Origin: an uncultured Rhodospirillaceae bacterium | GTDB taxonomy: Bacteria; Pseudomonadota; Alphaproteobacteria; UBA828 | NCBI GenBank assembly: GCA_963997635.1 | Contig: CAXEND010000005.1 | Coordinates: 74,232 to 138,231, forward strand | Length of the DNA: 64,000 nucleotides | Direction of reading: 5' to 3' | Shown: positions 39,913 through 50,223 of the stretch, piece by piece | How positions within the stretch are numbered: position 1 is the first letter of the stretch | How the letters are laid out: every line of letters begins with the position of its first letter | Program-made: the position numbers and the translations under genes | Notes under the pieces: model-generated | Database searches by the model: none | What the model was told of the DNA's origin: nothing | What the model saw: only the letters and a program-made list of their open reading frames with translations

Positions 39913-40818
39913 TTAATGTGGCCCAATATCAACCAGTCTGAACCCAGTTATTATATTTCTAGTTTCTTTGTTTTCTGCCCTTTGAGCTGCAGGCCTGCAT
40001 ACTCCACACCCATAACTCTTCCATGATCCGCCCTTGATTATATACTTGTTTTTACCTGAATTCGTGTTTGTCCATTCAAATACTTGCCCTGCCGCGTCGA
40101 GGAGACCAAATGAGCTTGCACCTTTTGGATATTGTCCTACTGGGGTAGTTTCATTTAATCCTGAGTCTCCACTGTTCAAGAGATTGGGGTCATAGGACAT
40201 ACCCCAAGGGAAATATGCTCCATTGATACCACGTGCCGCTTTTTCCCATTCTTTTGATGTTGGCAGCCTAAAGTTTCTTCCGGTTTTTATTGAAAGCCAT
40301 GATGCATATGAGACCGCATCGCTCCATGATACCATTACAACAGGATGATTCCCGCGATCCTGAGGAGATATATTGTTGTTCCAGCTATAGTTAACAATCC
40401 CAGATGAAGTGTGTTCTGATAAATGGCCGTTAGATCCAGTATTTTTTAATTGTGGAACTGGGTGATCGGTATCCTCAATAAATGCTGCATATTGCTCAAT
40501 TGTTACTGGTGTTGACATTATTAGAAAATTATCAAGATAAATTATCTTTCGTGCTGGTTCTGAATCATAAGCACTAAAATTTTTAGTATTTGTTTTTGCG
40601 GCATTATTACTATCTAAGGCTTTAGCAATTTCACGTTCTTCTCTTGAAGATCCATATACAAATTCCCCCTCAGGTACCAATATTAAAGGTGGATATGGAG
40701 CTGACAGAAAATCTTCACTCGAAAAGCTTGCAAATAGTGCCCCAGCTACACCTGCAATAATTATGAAGCTCAGCCGGCGATTGGCAGAAGAAGTAATTCG
40801 TAACATATAGTAAAGCAC
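39913..40818 (-). CDS. Formylglycine-generating-enzyme (SUMF1/FGE-sulfatase) domain protein with an N-terminal membrane anchor
   Basis: HPVVMVSWSDAVSYASW...RLPTSKEWEKAARG...YPWG and C-terminal GGSW...GFRLV motifs. N-terminal hydrophobic helix. Confidence 0.65.
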   Translation of the reverse strand: MLYYMLRITSSANRRLSFIIIAGVAGALFASFSSEDFLSAPYPPLILVPEGEFVYGSSREEREIAKALDSNNAAKTNTKNFSAYDSEPARKIIYLDNFLIMSTPVTIEQYAAFIEDTDHPVPQLKNTGSNGHLSEHTSSGIVNYSWNNNISPQDRGNHPVVMVSWSDAVSYASWLSIKTGRNFRLPTSKEWEKAARGINGAYFPWGMSYDPNLLNSGDSGLNETTPVGQYPKGASSFGLLDAAGQVFEWTNTNSGKNKYIIKGGSWKSYGCGVCRPAAQRAENKETRNIITGFRLVDIGPH

Positions 40819-41043
40819 CCGATATAGATGGCATGATTTTATTTTTAATATTTTACAATGGGATTATAGGTTATAAAAATAATAAGACTATAGATAGAGG
40901 GCATACTTGGGTGGGCATCGATTTTTTATAAATTTATATCAGTCGTTGCTTATTAATTTTTGTCGGTGATAATATGAATTTTATATTTTATTTCCTTATA
41001 CAACTGGTAATCATTTTCCAATTTTCGGCTAGAGTGTTGAATA

Positions 41044-41562
41044 ATGAACCTTCGTAAATATATTGCTGAGATTCCTGATTTTCCTAAACCAGGTATTTTA
41101 TTTTATGATATTGCCCCCTTGATCAGATCCCCATCTGCATGGAACTATGCAATGGATTCATTAAAAGAAAAAATTTCTCCTTTAAAGCCAGCCGTTATAG
41201 CAGGTATTGATGCACGGGGGTTCCTTGTAGGTGCTGGATTATCATCAAAAATGAATCTTGGTTTTTTGATGGTAAGAAAAAAAGGCAAGCTACCAGGTAA
41301 AACAATAAGTGAAAAATATGCTTTAGAATATCGTAGTGATGAACTTGAAATCCAATCCCAAGCACTAGAGGCAGATACTAGGGTTATTTTAGTTGATGAT
41401 TTATTAGCAACAGGGGGGACAGCCACCGCAAGTGTAAGGTTAATTGAAAAAAGCGGTGCCAAGGTCGTAGGTTCAGCTTTTTTAATTGAGCTCACAAGTC
41501 TGAATGGGAGAGATGCTATTGGTGATTTGCCAATTTTTTCCTTACTAAAACTTAATTCATAG
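41044..41562 (+). CDS. apt: Adenine phosphoribosyltransferase
   Basis: 172 aa. PRPP-binding motif VILVDDLLATGGTA. Confidence 0.85.
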   Translation: MNLRKYIAEIPDFPKPGILFYDIAPLIRSPSAWNYAMDSLKEKISPLKPAVIAGIDARGFLVGAGLSSKMNLGFLMVRKKGKLPGKTISEKYALEYRSDELEIQSQALEADTRVILVDDLLATGGTATASVRLIEKSGAKVVGSAFLIELTSLNGRDAIGDLPIFSLLKLNS

Positions 41563-41607
41563 GATCAATATCATAAAATAAACCGGTTAATTCTAGATTC
41601 TTATTTG

Positions 41608-42636
41608 CTAATCAACCTTTTTCCAATCTCCTTTTGGTGCAAAAGTCCTGGCCGTTGGGATGATTTCTTCACCAAACCTGTGTATTTGTTCCATTTGTTC
41701 AGAAACAGAGTCAGTTTCACATTGAAGCATGCAAATTATCATAGAATACCCAGCATCTGCATATTTGCTTAAATCTTCTAGTATTTGCTCAGCTGTCCCA
41801 CCACAGTTTCTTCTTGGTTTATTTGTTGATTCCTCGTGATCTTTATTTGTTATTTTTGCAGTAGCAGCACCTATCATGAGAAAATTTTCTACCCCGAGAC
41901 CCATGCTTTCGCGTTCTTTTTTTATAATTTCTTGGAGCGGGTTAAATCGGTCAAACTCTACATGGCTATCGAGAAATAGGGAATAAAGCCCATCACAATA
42001 ACGTGCTGACCTCCGAGCTCCAGCTGGGGTATTAGCCCCTAGCAGAATGGGTGGTGTAGGTTTTTGGACAGGTTTTGGATCCATAGAGATATCTTTGAAG
42101 TTGTAGAATTCCCCCGGGAAGGACACTTCAGTTTGTGACCATGATCGTTTATATATTTCGATGCACTCAGTTAATCTTCCATTGCGTTCAGCATGATCAA
42201 TGCCTACTGAGTCAAATTCTTCTTTCATCCATCCAGCACCTACCCCAAGCATTAATCTCCCATTAGAAAGTTGATCTACTGTCATAAATTGTCTGGCATC
42301 TGAGAGTGGGTGTCGATAGGGAGATATTAATACACTCGTTCCAAGACGTATCCGATTTGTTTGCTGGGCCACCGCACCCATAACAACTGCAGCGTCAAGC
42401 ATATTGTGGTAAGGCTGATAAGCCCTTTGCCCTGATTGATTTGCAGTATGGAAACTTTCAGAACCTATTGGCATTGACACATGGTCAGGATACCAGATTG
42501 AGTGAAAACCTGCAGCCTCGGCAGCACAAGCTACCTTTAAGGGTTGAGTTTCTTCCAGGGGAGAGTTGCGCAAATACATATTTGTATCATCTCTATAGCT
42601 GTTCCCATGAGTATTTGCATAAATTCCAATTTCCAT
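41608..42636 (-). CDS. LLM-class flavin-dependent oxidoreductase (paralog of 50224..51240)
   Basis: MEIGIYANTHG N-terminus (start adjusted to the ATG at 42636, with a GGAG SD 7 nt upstream). PYRHPLSDARQFMTVDQLSNGRL block shared with the paralog. Confidence 0.75.
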   Translation of the reverse strand: MEIGIYANTHGNSYRDDTNMYLRNSPLEETQPLKVACAAEAAGFHSIWYPDHVSMPIGSESFHTANQSGQRAYQPYHNMLDAAVVMGAVAQQTNRIRLGTSVLISPYRHPLSDARQFMTVDQLSNGRLMLGVGAGWMKEEFDSVGIDHAERNGRLTECIEIYKRSWSQTEVSFPGEFYNFKDISMDPKPVQKPTPPILLGANTPAGARRSARYCDGLYSLFLDSHVEFDRFNPLQEIIKKERESMGLGVENFLMIGAATAKITNKDHEESTNKPRRNCGGTAEQILEDLSKYADAGYSMIICMLQCETDSVSEQMEQIHRFGEEIIPTARTFAPKGDWKKVD

Positions 42637-42809
42637 CACTGACTCCATTTCTAATCAATGCAATGATTTTATTTTATTACTAGATTTATAAAACAATAAT
42701 GATTTTGAAAACAGACAAATTAAACTTTAATTTTACGCTATTTAACCATCTATTGTTGTATGTTAATTATATTTATTTTTTATGGTTACCTGGTAAAAGG
42801 GAGATTCTC

Positions 42810-43520
42810 ATGGTTACTGTCTTAATAACTGGTGCAAGTCGTGGTCTTGGACTAGAATTTGTGAAGCAATATCAAAAGAGTGGAGCTAAAATTTTTGCCT
42901 GTTGCCGGAACCCTGAAAATGCCAATAATCTTATGAAACTTGCTAATGAATCTGATGGTCAAACAACATTGTTCCAGATGGATGTTTCAAACCCCAAGGA
43001 AGTTTTATCAACTGCTAAAGAACTAAATGGCTGTAATATTGATTATTTAATAAATAATGCAGGAATTCTAGGAACTGACTTTGATCAACCAATGAGGGGA
43101 GCTTTTGGAAGTGTTGATTATGAGTCCTGGGAAGAGACAATGCTAGTAAACGTTCTTGGCCCTTTCAGAGTATGTGAAGCTTTTGTAAATCATGTCTCTG
43201 GATCTAAGAATCGTTTAATGGTTTTTGTGTCAACTCATATGGCTTCAATTACGGCTCTTTCAGAAGGTGGATTTTACCCATATAGATCCTCTAAGGCAGC
43301 ACTTAACTTATTAGTTAAAGGTCTTTCAATAGACTTAAAAGATCGTGGAATTAGAACTCTTTCTTTTCACCCTGGGTGGGTTAAAACTGATATGGGTACT
43401 GATTCAGCCCCAGTAGAGGTCTCTGATAGTATAAGTGGAATGCGTGAAGTGATCAGTAGTTATTCATCACCAAGAACAGGAGAGTTTATAAATTATGATG
43501 GAACTCCTTACCCCTGGTAA
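42810..43520 (+). CDS. SDR-family short-chain dehydrogenase
   Basis: MVTVLITGASRGLG and YRSSKAALN motifs. The start is adjusted from the over-extended 42699 to 42810. Confidence 0.75.
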   Translation: MVTVLITGASRGLGLEFVKQYQKSGAKIFACCRNPENANNLMKLANESDGQTTLFQMDVSNPKEVLSTAKELNGCNIDYLINNAGILGTDFDQPMRGAFGSVDYESWEETMLVNVLGPFRVCEAFVNHVSGSKNRLMVFVSTHMASITALSEGGFYPYRSSKAALNLLVKGLSIDLKDRGIRTLSFHPGWVKTDMGTDSAPVEVSDSISGMREVISSYSSPRTGEFINYDGTPYPW

Positions 43521-43528
43521 CAAATTGA

Positions 43529-45319
43529 TCACTGAGGGATAAGACTTGAAAGGTCTGTTCCGTTAACAAAAATCTTATCTTGTTGTATCTCAATGTTATA
43601 ATCATCGGTCGCGTTCTTTGAGGAATTTTCAGGGTCTGCATTCGACAGTCCACGGATCATTAATATAACAGGCAAGACAGGCATCATTTCTGTTCCAAGA
43701 TTTTTTTGAAACTCTGAAATTAGACCATTCAAACCAACAATATTTATTTCTAAGTTACCTACAACTCCCAGGCTACTTGAAATGTCGGCCTTTAAGTTTC
43801 CATTTATATCAATAGAAAATTTATCACTAGAAATCAGAAATTCTGATATTTCTAATTTTTCAAATGGATTTGACTCAGAATATATATTTTCAAGTGCCTC
43901 AAGTGCGTTAGTTTCAGTAAAATTAATTCTGTTTGCTTCAACTGTAATGTCAAATCTTAGTAGATTAGGAATATAGGGTAATGCACTTTTAGGGATATCA
44001 TCAAAGTTTGAAAGGGAAAGTTCATCTAAGATTCCTCTAACTTCCACTCGATTAATTTCATTATCTTTTGGTGCTAGGCTTGAAGATAAATCAAAACGTT
44101 TAAACTGTATGTTGCCTTCTAATGACGTCACTTCAAGGTCTCGTATAGATATTTCATCGTTGACCTGGGATGCCATCGAAAATAATGATAAATAATTAAG
44201 ATAGTTAAAGTCAGGAAGAAATGGACCCCAAAGTCCTGAAATGTTTGAATTTCTTGATCTAAAATCTATTTCAGACTGCATAGAAAAACGCTCTAAAATT
44301 ATTTCTACATCAGGAGATTTAAAGTGCAGGTCTCTTAGGTCAGCGGAATGAGAGTAAGATTGCTTTTTTTCTCTGTTATCAAATTGCTGCTCAACCTCAA
44401 CCTCCTCAAACGTCATAAATCCATCTTCTGTCTGAACATTTAGGTCTCTTGCTAGGATTTCAAGCTTGGTAGGCTTGAGCTCTTTTTCTTGGAAACTACC
44501 GTTTATACTTATTTCATCTACTGAGCTACTTGTTATCTCGTCTGAATTACTAGTTATTATTTCTAATTCATCAGGAAAAATAATTTTATAATCCCAAGAG
44601 TCTCTATCTTTAATGAAGTTTACTTTCATTGTTTTAAATAAAGTCTCAAAGAATTTTATATTGTCAGTCGAAGCAATGATTTTTCTATCTATAGACCCAT
44701 CAATATGAATGGGTTCTTCAAATTCAATAATTGCCCCCATCTCCCTAATAATTTCAATAACCTTAACTATTGCATTTTGAGGAATGTCTGTTTTTACCTT
44801 TGGTGATATAGTAAAATCAGGAGAATTTGTTTTTACATGTTTATCTTCTGCATTTAAATTCTTATTAGCTGTTTCATAATCTTCACCTTTGGATGGACTG
44901 GCTGTGCTGATTTGTTTTTGTAAGGTGCCTTCAGTCCATTGACCTGTTTCAGTATCACCATTAGATGATATTAGTGATCCATTACCGTGGAATTTGTTAT
45001 CTTTCCAACTACCAATATAGCGGGTTCCATCAGACCATGTTGCCGTCCCAAGTCCATTAAAGTTACCATTTGCAAATTCACCAACATAGAGAAAACCATT
45101 TGGTTTTGTGTAACTTCCTTGGCCATTTGGAGCGTTATTTTGCCACTCGCCCAAATACTCTGATTTATCATTATAAGTATATAAACCAAAACATTCATGC
45201 CAACGCGTGTTTGCTTTATTGGGACATGGTTCTAGAGTGTTTGCCATTAAAGTTGTTGGAATCAATAAAAACACCAAAAAAGATAATGGTTTACAAACAA
45301 ATTTAAGTATCCACCGCAA
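43529..45319 (-). CDS. Secreted MORN-repeat protein with a large uncharacterised acidic C-terminal domain
   Basis: N-terminal signal-like segment (FLVFLLIPTTLMA). Three or four MORN-like repeats (YLGEWQNNAPNGQGSYT; YVGEFANGNFNGLGTATWSDGTRYIGSWKDNKFHGNGSL). About 440 aa of D/E/S/N-rich sequence follow with no recognisable family. Confidence 0.5.
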   Translation of the reverse strand: MRWILKFVCKPLSFLVFLLIPTTLMANTLEPCPNKANTRWHECFGLYTYNDKSEYLGEWQNNAPNGQGSYTKPNGFLYVGEFANGNFNGLGTATWSDGTRYIGSWKDNKFHGNGSLISSNGDTETGQWTEGTLQKQISTASPSKGEDYETANKNLNAEDKHVKTNSPDFTISPKVKTDIPQNAIVKVIEIIREMGAIIEFEEPIHIDGSIDRKIIASTDNIKFFETLFKTMKVNFIKDRDSWDYKIIFPDELEIITSNSDEITSSSVDEISINGSFQEKELKPTKLEILARDLNVQTEDGFMTFEEVEVEQQFDNREKKQSYSHSADLRDLHFKSPDVEIILERFSMQSEIDFRSRNSNISGLWGPFLPDFNYLNYLSLFSMASQVNDEISIRDLEVTSLEGNIQFKRFDLSSSLAPKDNEINRVEVRGILDELSLSNFDDIPKSALPYIPNLLRFDITVEANRINFTETNALEALENIYSESNPFEKLEISEFLISSDKFSIDINGNLKADISSSLGVVGNLEINIVGLNGLISEFQKNLGTEMMPVLPVILMIRGLSNADPENSSKNATDDYNIEIQQDKIFVNGTDLSSLIPQ

Positions 45320-45382
45320 ATAGAAAAACCCTTATGTTCGTTAATTAATTATTGTCCATTTAATCCTATAAGCAAAATGATT

Positions 45383-46288
45383 CTAGTCACTATTAAGTTG
45401 AGTTCCGGCTGCTACCACTTCCAGCATATCCTCCATTTCTTGTATGTCTGAAACAAATGATGGAAAATCTAAAATTAATCTTGTTACGCCAAGTTCTTCG
45501 TATCGTGGTATATCTTGGATAACTCCTTCAGGAGTACCTGCTATAACAACTACAGTTATTTCTATTGTTTTAGGATCTCTACCATTTTCCTCAGACATTT
45601 TGTGAAGAAGTGCCAATGAACTTTCGAGATTGCCTCCTTTACTGTATGTGAAATCAGGTCCCTCTGAAACGACCTGCCAACCATCAGCTAGATTTACTAC
45701 ACGCCTAAAGCAGGAATTGCCATTTCCACCTATGGTAATAGGAGGATGGGGTTTCTGGATTGGCTGAGGGCGGCACTGAACATTAGAAAAGCTAAAGAAA
45801 TCTCCCTCAAAATTAGGTTCTTCTGCTGTCCAAAGTTCTTTCCATATGCGTATATATTCATCTGTACGTGGCCATTTATGTTTTGGTGATAGGTTTAATG
45901 CTTCAAATTCCTCATTTAGCCAGCCTGCACCAGTGCCAACGATCAATCGACCATTTGATAAAACATCAAGAGAAGCCATTTGTTTAGCTGTTTCTATTGG
46001 GTTACGATAGGGTGCTATAAGAACAGTAAAACCAAGACGGACACGTTTGGTATGTCCTGCTATGAATGCCAAACTTGTAAAAGGTTCAAGGTGAGCTCCC
46101 TTGGGATCTGCAATATAGTCAGCTGATTTAGTGTAGGGGTAGGGGGTCTCGATTTTTGTTGGCATTACGATATGATCTGGGGACCAAACTGACTCAAAAC
46201 CTTTTTCTTCGGCAAAATTTGCCATTCTGATCATGTTTTCATGTGTTGCCATAATGCCAAACATCGGTAGCATAAATCCAATTTTCAT
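45383..46288 (-). CDS. LLM-class (F420/FMN-type) flavin-dependent oxidoreductase
   Basis: MKIGFMLPMFGIMATHENMIRMANFAEEKGFESVWSPDH N-terminus typical of the LLM family. Confidence 0.75.
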   Translation of the reverse strand: MKIGFMLPMFGIMATHENMIRMANFAEEKGFESVWSPDHIVMPTKIETPYPYTKSADYIADPKGAHLEPFTSLAFIAGHTKRVRLGFTVLIAPYRNPIETAKQMASLDVLSNGRLIVGTGAGWLNEEFEALNLSPKHKWPRTDEYIRIWKELWTAEEPNFEGDFFSFSNVQCRPQPIQKPHPPITIGGNGNSCFRRVVNLADGWQVVSEGPDFTYSKGGNLESSLALLHKMSEENGRDPKTIEITVVVIAGTPEGVIQDIPRYEELGVTRLILDFPSFVSDIQEMEDMLEVVAAGTQLNSD

Positions 46289-46480
46289 TAGTTTAAACTC
46301 CTGATATGTAATGTGACGAAAGCCGTTAGTGAGTGTGTTTGATTCTTACTTAAACTGCATTTTTTATAGGATACGCGAAGTTAATTTGAATTCACATAAA
46401 TTTCTTAATAAACTTTAGCATACAACAATGATCATAGGTAATTTTAAGTTAATAGTGTAATCAATTATTATGAAGAATCC

Positions 46481-48175
46481 TCAAATTTTTTTAAATTTTA
46501 TACCATAAGTCTCTACCGCTTCCGTCTTTGAAATATATCCTAAACGGAGATCTTTTAAAATTTCATTTTCATTCCTATCCTCTGGTTTCCCATATCCACC
46601 ACCTCCAGCAGTGCATTGGCTGATAATATCACCTTTTTTTAGTGAAATTTGGGTTCCTTTGGACACAAAGTCTGGTGATGCAAGCTTAGGGCCATCACCC
46701 CGGTCAATCAGGTAAGTTCCAACCCCTCCGGCTCTGCCTTCGGCAAGACCATTTGCTCCGAATATACAGCGATCAGCAACAAAGGATAGAGAGGCAGAAT
46801 TGGATAAAATTTCATAGTCACGTCGAATTCCCAATCCGCCTCGCTTTCGACCAGCTCCTCCGGTATCTTGCCTTAATTCATATTTAAGTAAGCGTATAGG
46901 CATTGTGAGTTCCAAAGCCTCAGCTGGCATGTTTTTACAGTTTCCGACAATCGAAAAAAGTGCATTTTCTCCATCTTTTTCATCCAGTGCACCCCATCCA
47001 CCTTCTGGATATGAATAAAAAACACTTGGTTCTTGATCTGATCCATTGTTCGTAGAGAGAAGAAGGTTGTTAGAAGAACCGTGGTCTCCAGCAATTATTT
47101 TAGGACCGTAAGGTATTTCTGCAAAAGCCTTTTGAATTACATTTACAATCCGATGAGATGTTTCATTACCACCCGTACATGGCGCTGGAAATTTTGGGTT
47201 AAGTAAGCAGCCTTCTGGTGCAAATATTGTTATGGGACGATATGCACCGTCATTAGCTGGGATAGTGGGGTCAACAGCAGCTTGGACAGCTAAGTAGGTG
47301 GCGGAGGCTGTCATGCCTCGTACCGAATTGACAGGGCCTATTGCTTGTTCATCTGAATCACTGAAATCAAAATTTAACTTGTCACCTTCAACTGTGATTG
47401 CAACATGAATTTTTATTGGTTTTGGGTTAATTCCATCATTATCAAGAAAATCTTCTGCAAACCAGGTTCCGTCGGGCCAACTATTTATTTTTGTTCGCAT
47501 ACGTTTTTCAGATTGGTTGCATATTTCTTGTGCGGCTAGCTGTATAGTTTCAAGTGAATATTTCTCACAAAGATATCTTATACGCCCTACAGCAGTTCGG
47601 TTTGAGGAAAATTGGGCTTCTAGATCGCCACTCATTTCACGAGGAACACGGACATTATTTAAAATTATTTCTTTTAAATCTTGATCTATTTTACCCCTTC
47701 TAACAAATCGAACAGGCGGTATTCGCAATCCTTCCTGAAAGTTTTCTCGTGCTTTACTGTAAAAACTTCCAGGGACTGTTCCACCTATATCAGCGTGATG
47801 AGCACGGTTCGCTGCAAAAGCGATTATTTCCCCGGAGAAGAAAACTGGAGTTATTGCAGTAAGGTCAGGTAAATGTGTTCCTCCACGATATGGGTCATTC
47901 AACAAAACTGCATCGCCTTCCTCAAACGAAGAGATACCAACTTCTTCTATTGCTTCTCTTACAGCAAATTGAAGTGCTCCTAGATGAATAGGTAAAAATT
48001 CTCCTTGTGCCCATAAACGCCCACTGCTATCGAAGACACCACACGAAAAATCTGACCCTTCATTAAAAATGTTTGAGTAAGCTGTTTGCCTGAGGGTTAC
48101 ACCCATTTCACGAGCTATTGATACAAGGTGGCTTCGTATTATGCCGACTGTAATAGGGTCTACTTTTTCGTTCAT
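46481..48175 (-). CDS. Hydantoinase B / oxoprolinase-family protein, second paralog
   Basis: 564 aa. Conserved HyuB N-terminus (DPITVGIIRSHLVSIAREMGVTLRQTAYSNIFNEGSDFSCGVFD). 4-bp overlap with the upstream hyuA paralog. Confidence 0.85.
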   Translation of the reverse strand: MNEKVDPITVGIIRSHLVSIAREMGVTLRQTAYSNIFNEGSDFSCGVFDSSGRLWAQGEFLPIHLGALQFAVREAIEEVGISSFEEGDAVLLNDPYRGGTHLPDLTAITPVFFSGEIIAFAANRAHHADIGGTVPGSFYSKARENFQEGLRIPPVRFVRRGKIDQDLKEIILNNVRVPREMSGDLEAQFSSNRTAVGRIRYLCEKYSLETIQLAAQEICNQSEKRMRTKINSWPDGTWFAEDFLDNDGINPKPIKIHVAITVEGDKLNFDFSDSDEQAIGPVNSVRGMTASATYLAVQAAVDPTIPANDGAYRPITIFAPEGCLLNPKFPAPCTGGNETSHRIVNVIQKAFAEIPYGPKIIAGDHGSSNNLLLSTNNGSDQEPSVFYSYPEGGWGALDEKDGENALFSIVGNCKNMPAEALELTMPIRLLKYELRQDTGGAGRKRGGLGIRRDYEILSNSASLSFVADRCIFGANGLAEGRAGGVGTYLIDRGDGPKLASPDFVSKGTQISLKKGDIISQCTAGGGGYGKPEDRNENEILKDLRLGYISKTEAVETYGIKFKKI

Positions 48176-50202
48176 AATATCGGTTCCGCAGCTTTATTTT
48201 TTACACATTCTAGTATTATACATCCATCATTTAATACAGATGCACATGCTTTAGGTGGAATAACAATTGTTGAGTCGTTCTGCTGTACTATTGCAGGACC
48301 TTCTAATTTTTCTGACTTTTGCATTTCCTCCCTGCTTAAGGTTGGAGTTTTGATCCAACCTTCCTTGGGTCCCCAAAATACAGGACGCGATTCTGTGCGG
48401 TATTTAGTTATCCATTGGGGTAGTGTTTTAGGTATAACCTTTCTTGGTGCTATTGAAGATGCCCTTGCGTGTACAAGCTCGATAGGACCTTCTGGGAAAG
48501 CATGTCCATAACGGTTATTGTGCAGCTCATGAAATAAATTAGCTATCGCTTTAACTTGAATGTCATCTATATGAACTGGAACCCCTAGTTCATAAGTTTG
48601 TCCTTTGTATCTAAGATCAAGCTTGTAACTATATTTTATTTGTTCTTTCCTGACAGTTTCTGGTAAGCGATTATAAGCCTCATCAGAAAGTTCTAAAAAT
48701 AGGGTTTTTAAAAATTTAACTGTAAGATCTAAGAGTGGTCTGTGGACTGTTCTTATTGAATCTATACGTATTTCACTGACCAACATTCCGTGAGCAGATG
48801 CTGCTCCCGGAAAGGGGGGTATTAGTACCTTTTTAATGCCCAGCTCTTTTGCAACATCCCAGCCATGAGCTGGCCCACCACCTCCACTTGCAAACAAAAT
48901 ATAGTCTCTTGGGTCGCGTCCTCGCTCAACGGAAACTTCCCTAACAGCATTGGCCATATTTGCATTCACAAGTGATATAATACCCCAAGCAGTTTCATGG
49001 GTTTTCATTTTGAGTTTTTTTGATATGTCTTCAATGCTTTTTTCAGCAAGGTCCTTTTGAATTTTTATAGTCCCGCCTAATGGTATATCGGCATTATATC
49101 TACCGATAGTAACAGCGGCATCTGTAACTGTAGCATCTGTTCCTGCGTTACCATAGCAAGCTGGGCCTGGCATTGCCCCTGATGATTTAGGACCCACCTC
49201 TAATCCTCCACCAGGATCTACTGAAGCAATACTTCCTCCACCAGCTCCTACAGAAATAATGTCCAGAGATGGTATGGAAATTGGATATCCACCAATTTCT
49301 ATGCCTATCGTGAGGTCAGGCTTTGCATCTGTTACGGCTGCGACATCTGTGCTTGTCCCACCCATGTCCAAGCTTAGTAAATTAGAGAATCCATGCCTTC
49401 TACCAAATTCAGCTGCGGCAATAACACCTCCTGCAGGCCCGGAGAAGAGTGAATAAACAGGCCTATCTATTGTCTCATTAGGAGAAGCCAGACCACCATT
49501 TGATTGCATTACATAGAAATCTCCTTGAAAAGATTGTGATTGTAGCTTCGGAACGACTTCAGATATGTAATGTTTCATTATGGGCTGAGCAGAGGCATTT
49601 ACGACTGTTGTAGAAGTTCTTTCATATTCACGATACAAAGGTAAGACCTCATGAGAGAGTGAAATGCTGATTCCTGGTATTTCATTAGCAATTGCTTTGC
49701 CAACAAGAATTTCATGAGAGGGGTCAAGGAAAGAAAACAATAAGCAGATAGCAACTGATTCAATTTTCAGTTGTTTTAGTTTTGTAATTATTGCGTTGAT
49801 TTCTGAGGATTCTAACGGGAATATAATTTCTCCACTCGCTGATATCCGTTCATCAAGCTCTAGGCATCGATCTCTTGGGATTAGAGGTTTAGGCTTGGTT
49901 TGGCTTAAGTCAAATAAGTCTTTACGATCTGCTCGCATTATTTCCAGAACATCACGAAAACCTTTAGTCGTAATTAAGGCTGTTTGGGGTCCTTGACCAA
50001 CGAGAAGAGAATTCAATACTACAGTAGTGCCATGAACAATTTCATCTACATCTTGAAATGAGTTTGTGGCCATTTTAACTGCTTTTAGAAAACCTTGACT
50101 GATGTTTTTGGGTGTAGTGGGAGTCTTTCCAACAAAGACTTCTCCATCACTGACTGCTACTATGTCCGTAAAGGTACCACCAACATCAACTGCAATTTTC
50201 AT
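48172..50202 (-). CDS. Hydantoinase A-family protein, second paralog
   Basis: MKIAVDVGGTFTDIVAV N-terminus. 676 aa. Confidence 0.85.
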   Translation of the reverse strand: MKIAVDVGGTFTDIVAVSDGEVFVGKTPTTPKNISQGFLKAVKMATNSFQDVDEIVHGTTVVLNSLLVGQGPQTALITTKGFRDVLEIMRADRKDLFDLSQTKPKPLIPRDRCLELDERISASGEIIFPLESSEINAIITKLKQLKIESVAICLLFSFLDPSHEILVGKAIANEIPGISISLSHEVLPLYREYERTSTTVVNASAQPIMKHYISEVVPKLQSQSFQGDFYVMQSNGGLASPNETIDRPVYSLFSGPAGGVIAAAEFGRRHGFSNLLSLDMGGTSTDVAAVTDAKPDLTIGIEIGGYPISIPSLDIISVGAGGGSIASVDPGGGLEVGPKSSGAMPGPACYGNAGTDATVTDAAVTIGRYNADIPLGGTIKIQKDLAEKSIEDISKKLKMKTHETAWGIISLVNANMANAVREVSVERGRDPRDYILFASGGGGPAHGWDVAKELGIKKVLIPPFPGAASAHGMLVSEIRIDSIRTVHRPLLDLTVKFLKTLFLELSDEAYNRLPETVRKEQIKYSYKLDLRYKGQTYELGVPVHIDDIQVKAIANLFHELHNNRYGHAFPEGPIELVHARASSIAPRKVIPKTLPQWITKYRTESRPVFWGPKEGWIKTPTLSREEMQKSEKLEGPAIVQQNDSTIVIPPKACASVLNDGCIILECVKNKAAEPIL

Positions 50203-50223
50203 ATTACCCTACAATTATTTAAA

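Noticed and set aside
41575-41600. AACCGGTT palindrome and nearby sequence after apt as a terminator
   Set aside because: Only an 8-nt perfect palindrome with no loop and no U-tract, which is too weak to call.
42699-42809. N-terminal 37-aa extension of the SDR ORF (MILKTDKLNFNFTLF...)
   Set aside because: Low-complexity, AT-rich sequence with no RBS. A canonical SDR N-terminus with an AAGGGAG SD begins at 42810.
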